NCBI RefSeq assembly: GCF_018350175.1
Contig: NC_058368.1
Location: 155,498,001 to 155,562,000, forward strand
Length of the DNA stretch: 64,000 nucleotides
Source: Felis catus
Taxonomy: Eukaryota
Direction: 5' to 3'
Below are positions 60,691 through 64,000 of this stretch, in pieces. The notes beneath the pieces are model-generated. The model saw only the letters and a program-made list of their open reading frames with translations, had not been told where the DNA came from and searched no databases. The translations under genes were made by a program, and so were the position numbers. Within the stretch, counting starts at the first letter, position 1. Each line of letters starts with the position of its first letter.

Positions 60691-62029
60691 TATATGCTTT
60701 TGCTTTTCAAGGGAAGATACTGTCAGTTATTATTTCCTTTTCTGCCTTGACTGTAAGGAAGCTAGAGATAAATCTCATGCTAAATTAATATAATAACAAA
60801 CCATAGGCTGATGGACAATTATCTTTACACCTAAGTAGTTTCTGATATTATAAAAATCTGTACTTTAATTATTATGTCTTGTGTATATCTTATTCCCTGC
60901 AGGCTGACCAAGGAAGTAAAGAGGGACAGGGTTGGGGAGTGGACTAAGCTATAAAGCATAGAGAAAAACAATTATGTTTTCTTGAAGTCTTATTTCACAG
61001 TTACGTTTGAACCAGAATTGTTCTATCTACCCAGTGTTGTATAAAACAGTATAAAATTATTTTAGAAGTTCCAACTCAGAATTGTCTCTAAACCTTGTAA
61101 TGGTACAAAAAATGAGTGATATTAATCGCCTTTAGCCCCATGACAGAAACAAGGGACTCATTAAAATTTCAAGAAAGTACCATAGAATATATTATGTTAA
61201 GAAATCAGAATTTCATAATCTTTTGAAGCTCTGCAGTACTTTAATGGTACTTCTAATAGTGCCTAACACTTGGAAGGATTCCACGGTTTGGCTCCTATAA
61301 AGTGGTTTTTGACAGCAAATGTGCAGGAACCAGAATCTATACTGAAACTTGAATCTGAGCCACTTAGACATCATGATGTTGCCCAAATGTGAAGTGGTTT
61401 CCATTGGCAATACCATAATATCTTCTCACTGAAGCAAGAAACTGAGTTTGGGGATATTTAGCTACCAAAAGAAGCAGACATTATCTAAGCCTTGATCAGA
61501 CAGAAAAAAATTGAAAATGACTTCCTGGCATTCATTCAGTGGAAAATGAAGACATGAAGAAGCCAAATAAAGTTAACAGCTCTAAAAAGAGGCTAGAAAT
61601 TGTGGTGCTCTAGAGTCTTCGTCATCACTGCCATGCTCTTTGGTGCCAATACACATTCACTGGGCTCTCGCCATGTGCAAAGCACAATGATAGGGACTTT
61701 AGTTATAATAGTCTTGAAGGTCATGGACTTTTTATTTTTTAATTTAATTCTAGTGTAGTTAACATGTTATGGACTTTATATTACACCTCCTTATAATTCC
61801 TTGTGCCTGGCACAGGGTTTCTGAAGATAGCAAATATTCAGTAAAGATGTGTGGACCATATGAATTTGACTGCAAGGGGTCTGGACTGTAACTGGGAGAT
61901 AGGATAGGAGTGGCTTCTTGCTAGCAGAGGTTGTTATCTTAACCCCTTTACACTGTTTCTACCTAGGACAGTGTCTAGCACATAATAGGGATCTAACAAT
62001 AGCCAGCTAATCAATAATGTGCAAATAAT

Positions 62030-63270
62030 TTTGTAAAAAACATTTATTGAGTGATCACTATGCTTTCGATGATTTACTACACTGAAGTCTCACAATGGGA
62101 AGTGCTGTTATCATCCCCATTTTAGAGGTGACCTAGCTAACATTTACAAGGGGTTGGGCAACTTGTTCAGTTACCCAGATACTGACTTGAGGAGGTAGGA
62201 TCTGAAGCTGGGCAGTGTGACTGCATTATTGCAGCTCACATCTCTCATTGTCATACTGTACGTATACAAAAATAAACACTACTGTAAGGCAGCATGTGTA
62301 TGGCCCTGGTGAATGGCAGAGATAACAAGTCCTCTAACTTTAGACTAAGAAGTGATTACTGAGGACTGGGCAGTAGGAACAACTTGATGAAGAAAGTAGA
62401 ACTTCGGGTAGGTTTTGAAAGAAGATGAGGAACAGTTAAGTGCTGGTGGAGGAAGAGATAAGTGAACAAAGGGGTGGATGGAGATGCTCATAATATACTC
62501 AGAGATAAGAGGTAGACTTGTTTGGAGAGAATGAAAGAGTCCACGTAGGACAGTAGTAGAAAGCATTACTAATTAGAGATTTGGCAGGAACAAGAGAATG
62601 AAGGACTTAAGAATTTGGATTTCATTCTTCAGGCAGAAGTGGAGCCAACAAAGTTGTTGTTGTTTAAACAGAGAAAGAGGTGCGAAAAGTGACTTTTTAG
62701 GAAGATATGTAGGATATAAAGACAGTAACAGCTATGGAGACCAGGAGGCCAGTCAGGTGGAGGTGAAGAAGACCTGGACTAAGAGGGCTGGCAGTGGCGA
62801 CGGAGAAGAAATTACAGATAAAAGAGAAAGAAAGAATCAAGCAAACGTGATTGCCTTGATGATGGAGAGAGGGAAGAATCAGTACCAATGTGACGAATAC
62901 TGATACTGTCACTGTCAGAAACGGGGACATTTAAAAAGAAGAGCTGCTTTTTGGCAGATTACTAAATTTAAAACTCTTGATTCCTAGAGGTTTAAGGCAT
63001 TTATTAATCAAATAACTTAAACATTTGGATACCGTTATAAGCTAGGAACTGGGCCAGGTACCGGTGACAGAATGGTGAGCAGGAAAGATATGGTCTCTTT
63101 TCACAGACCTTTGAGTTTATGACAGAAGAGAAGCATTGGGTAATTATAGTAACACTGATGAGTTTTACGATGGTGATGAAATACAGAGTATTATGGGACC
63201 ATATGGTAGGAGCATACATAGAATGTGGTCTGAGACTTCCTTGAGGAGTGACATTTAAGCAATGGACCAT
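62030..63270 (-). mobile_element. MIR followed by L2 remnants
   Basis: catttattgagt..gttatcatccccattttagagg (MIR); purine-rich reverse L2 body 62280-62960; another reverse L2 3' end from 63000. Confidence 0.6.
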
Positions 63271-63399
63271 GTTAATAGTTTGTGGTTAATAGTCCCCATA
63301 TCAGGGAGTTAACCTGTGTTATATACCACAGGTTATATATACTAGAGGTGCCAATCATAGTATCTGCTCACCAACCACCCCTTGTAGTGAAACGACATT

Positions 63400-63800
63400 T
63401 ATTACAGACCTGTTTTAAAGGACAGCAGCAGGGGCCATCTTTTTCACCACATAACCCTGCACCTTCCAACCACAGCTGACTGAACCTGGGATGGATACTG
63501 ATCTAAGTGTGGCCAATTCATAGGATCATCATCTATGATATGAGGCAGAGAGATGAGAAGAAAAAAATAATTTTCTTAAGAATCTGAATGGAGGAAATGA
63601 AGATATTAGTGAGGGATGGGAACTGCAGTAAAGTCAGAAGTGGACAGGTCGAAAGGCTACCCATTTGCCAAAGTTCTGAGGGGACAGAAAGAGTAAGAAA
63701 GGAAGAAGCTGGTCCATATACAGTGAATAGAGGAATTACACAGAGAAACAGAGATGCCTCTAAGGGAATATACGTCTCATGAGAGACAAGTGGCAACAGT
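63400..63800. mobile_element. possible ancient ERVL-type LTR remnant
   Basis: ccacagctgactgaacctgggatggatactgatctaagtgtggccaat resembles LTR16/33-type sequence; weak match. Confidence 0.35.
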
Positions 63801-64000
63801 AGGTGCTTTGTATAGCAATATTAATTGTCAGTGACTTTCCAATGACAAGACAATGAGTATCCTCACAATAACTCATACTGGGTTCATTTCATTTTAGAAC
63901 AACATTCAAAAGTCTAACTGGCTTAAATTACAATTTCGGTATAGAGTTTAGTTCTTATAGTCTCTGTACAAATCGTATTTTTTTATTTTTTATTTTTTAG

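Larger units (their letters stand above)
23133..64000 (-). other. FAM172A: FAM172A last intron (partial)
   Basis: Lies upstream of the terminal-exon acceptor; no other FAM172A-like exon recognised; repeat-rich. Confidence 0.8.

Noticed and set aside
1..64000. CRISPR arrays, operons or other prokaryote-type systems
   Set aside because: The sequence is mammalian intergenic and intronic DNA; no regularly spaced repeat-spacer array or gene cluster was seen.

Overview
Mammalian genomic DNA from a cat-family (Felidae) genome, judged from felid-type Can-SINEs and young carnivore L1s. The only protein-coding sequence I can support is the last coding exon of FAM172A (ARB2A) on the minus strand (23132-22990, ending ...[11 protein letters not shown]). 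It is followed by a roughly 3 kb 3'UTR that contains a homologue of the MIR2277 hairpin. Everything to the right of 23133 is FAM172A intron, rich in SINE, L1, L2, MIR, LTR and DNA-transposon remnants, with several nested insertions whose target-site duplications (TSDs) are still readable. The left ~24 kb has several CpG islands and almost no transposons. By recalled mammalian synteny it lies just downstream of NR2F1, which is not in the window, and it looks like a developmental regulatory domain; it includes a near-perfect REST/RE1 site. I found no novel multi-gene system. The most unusual signals are: a young L1 joined to an older L1 at almost exactly the homologous position; a 3'UTR hairpin with two alternative folds; the RE1 site; a promoter-like CpG island at the terminal exon; and two ultra-short L1 3' tips truncated at the same point. 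Gene and repeat family names come from memory, not from database searches, and boundaries of old repeats are approximate.
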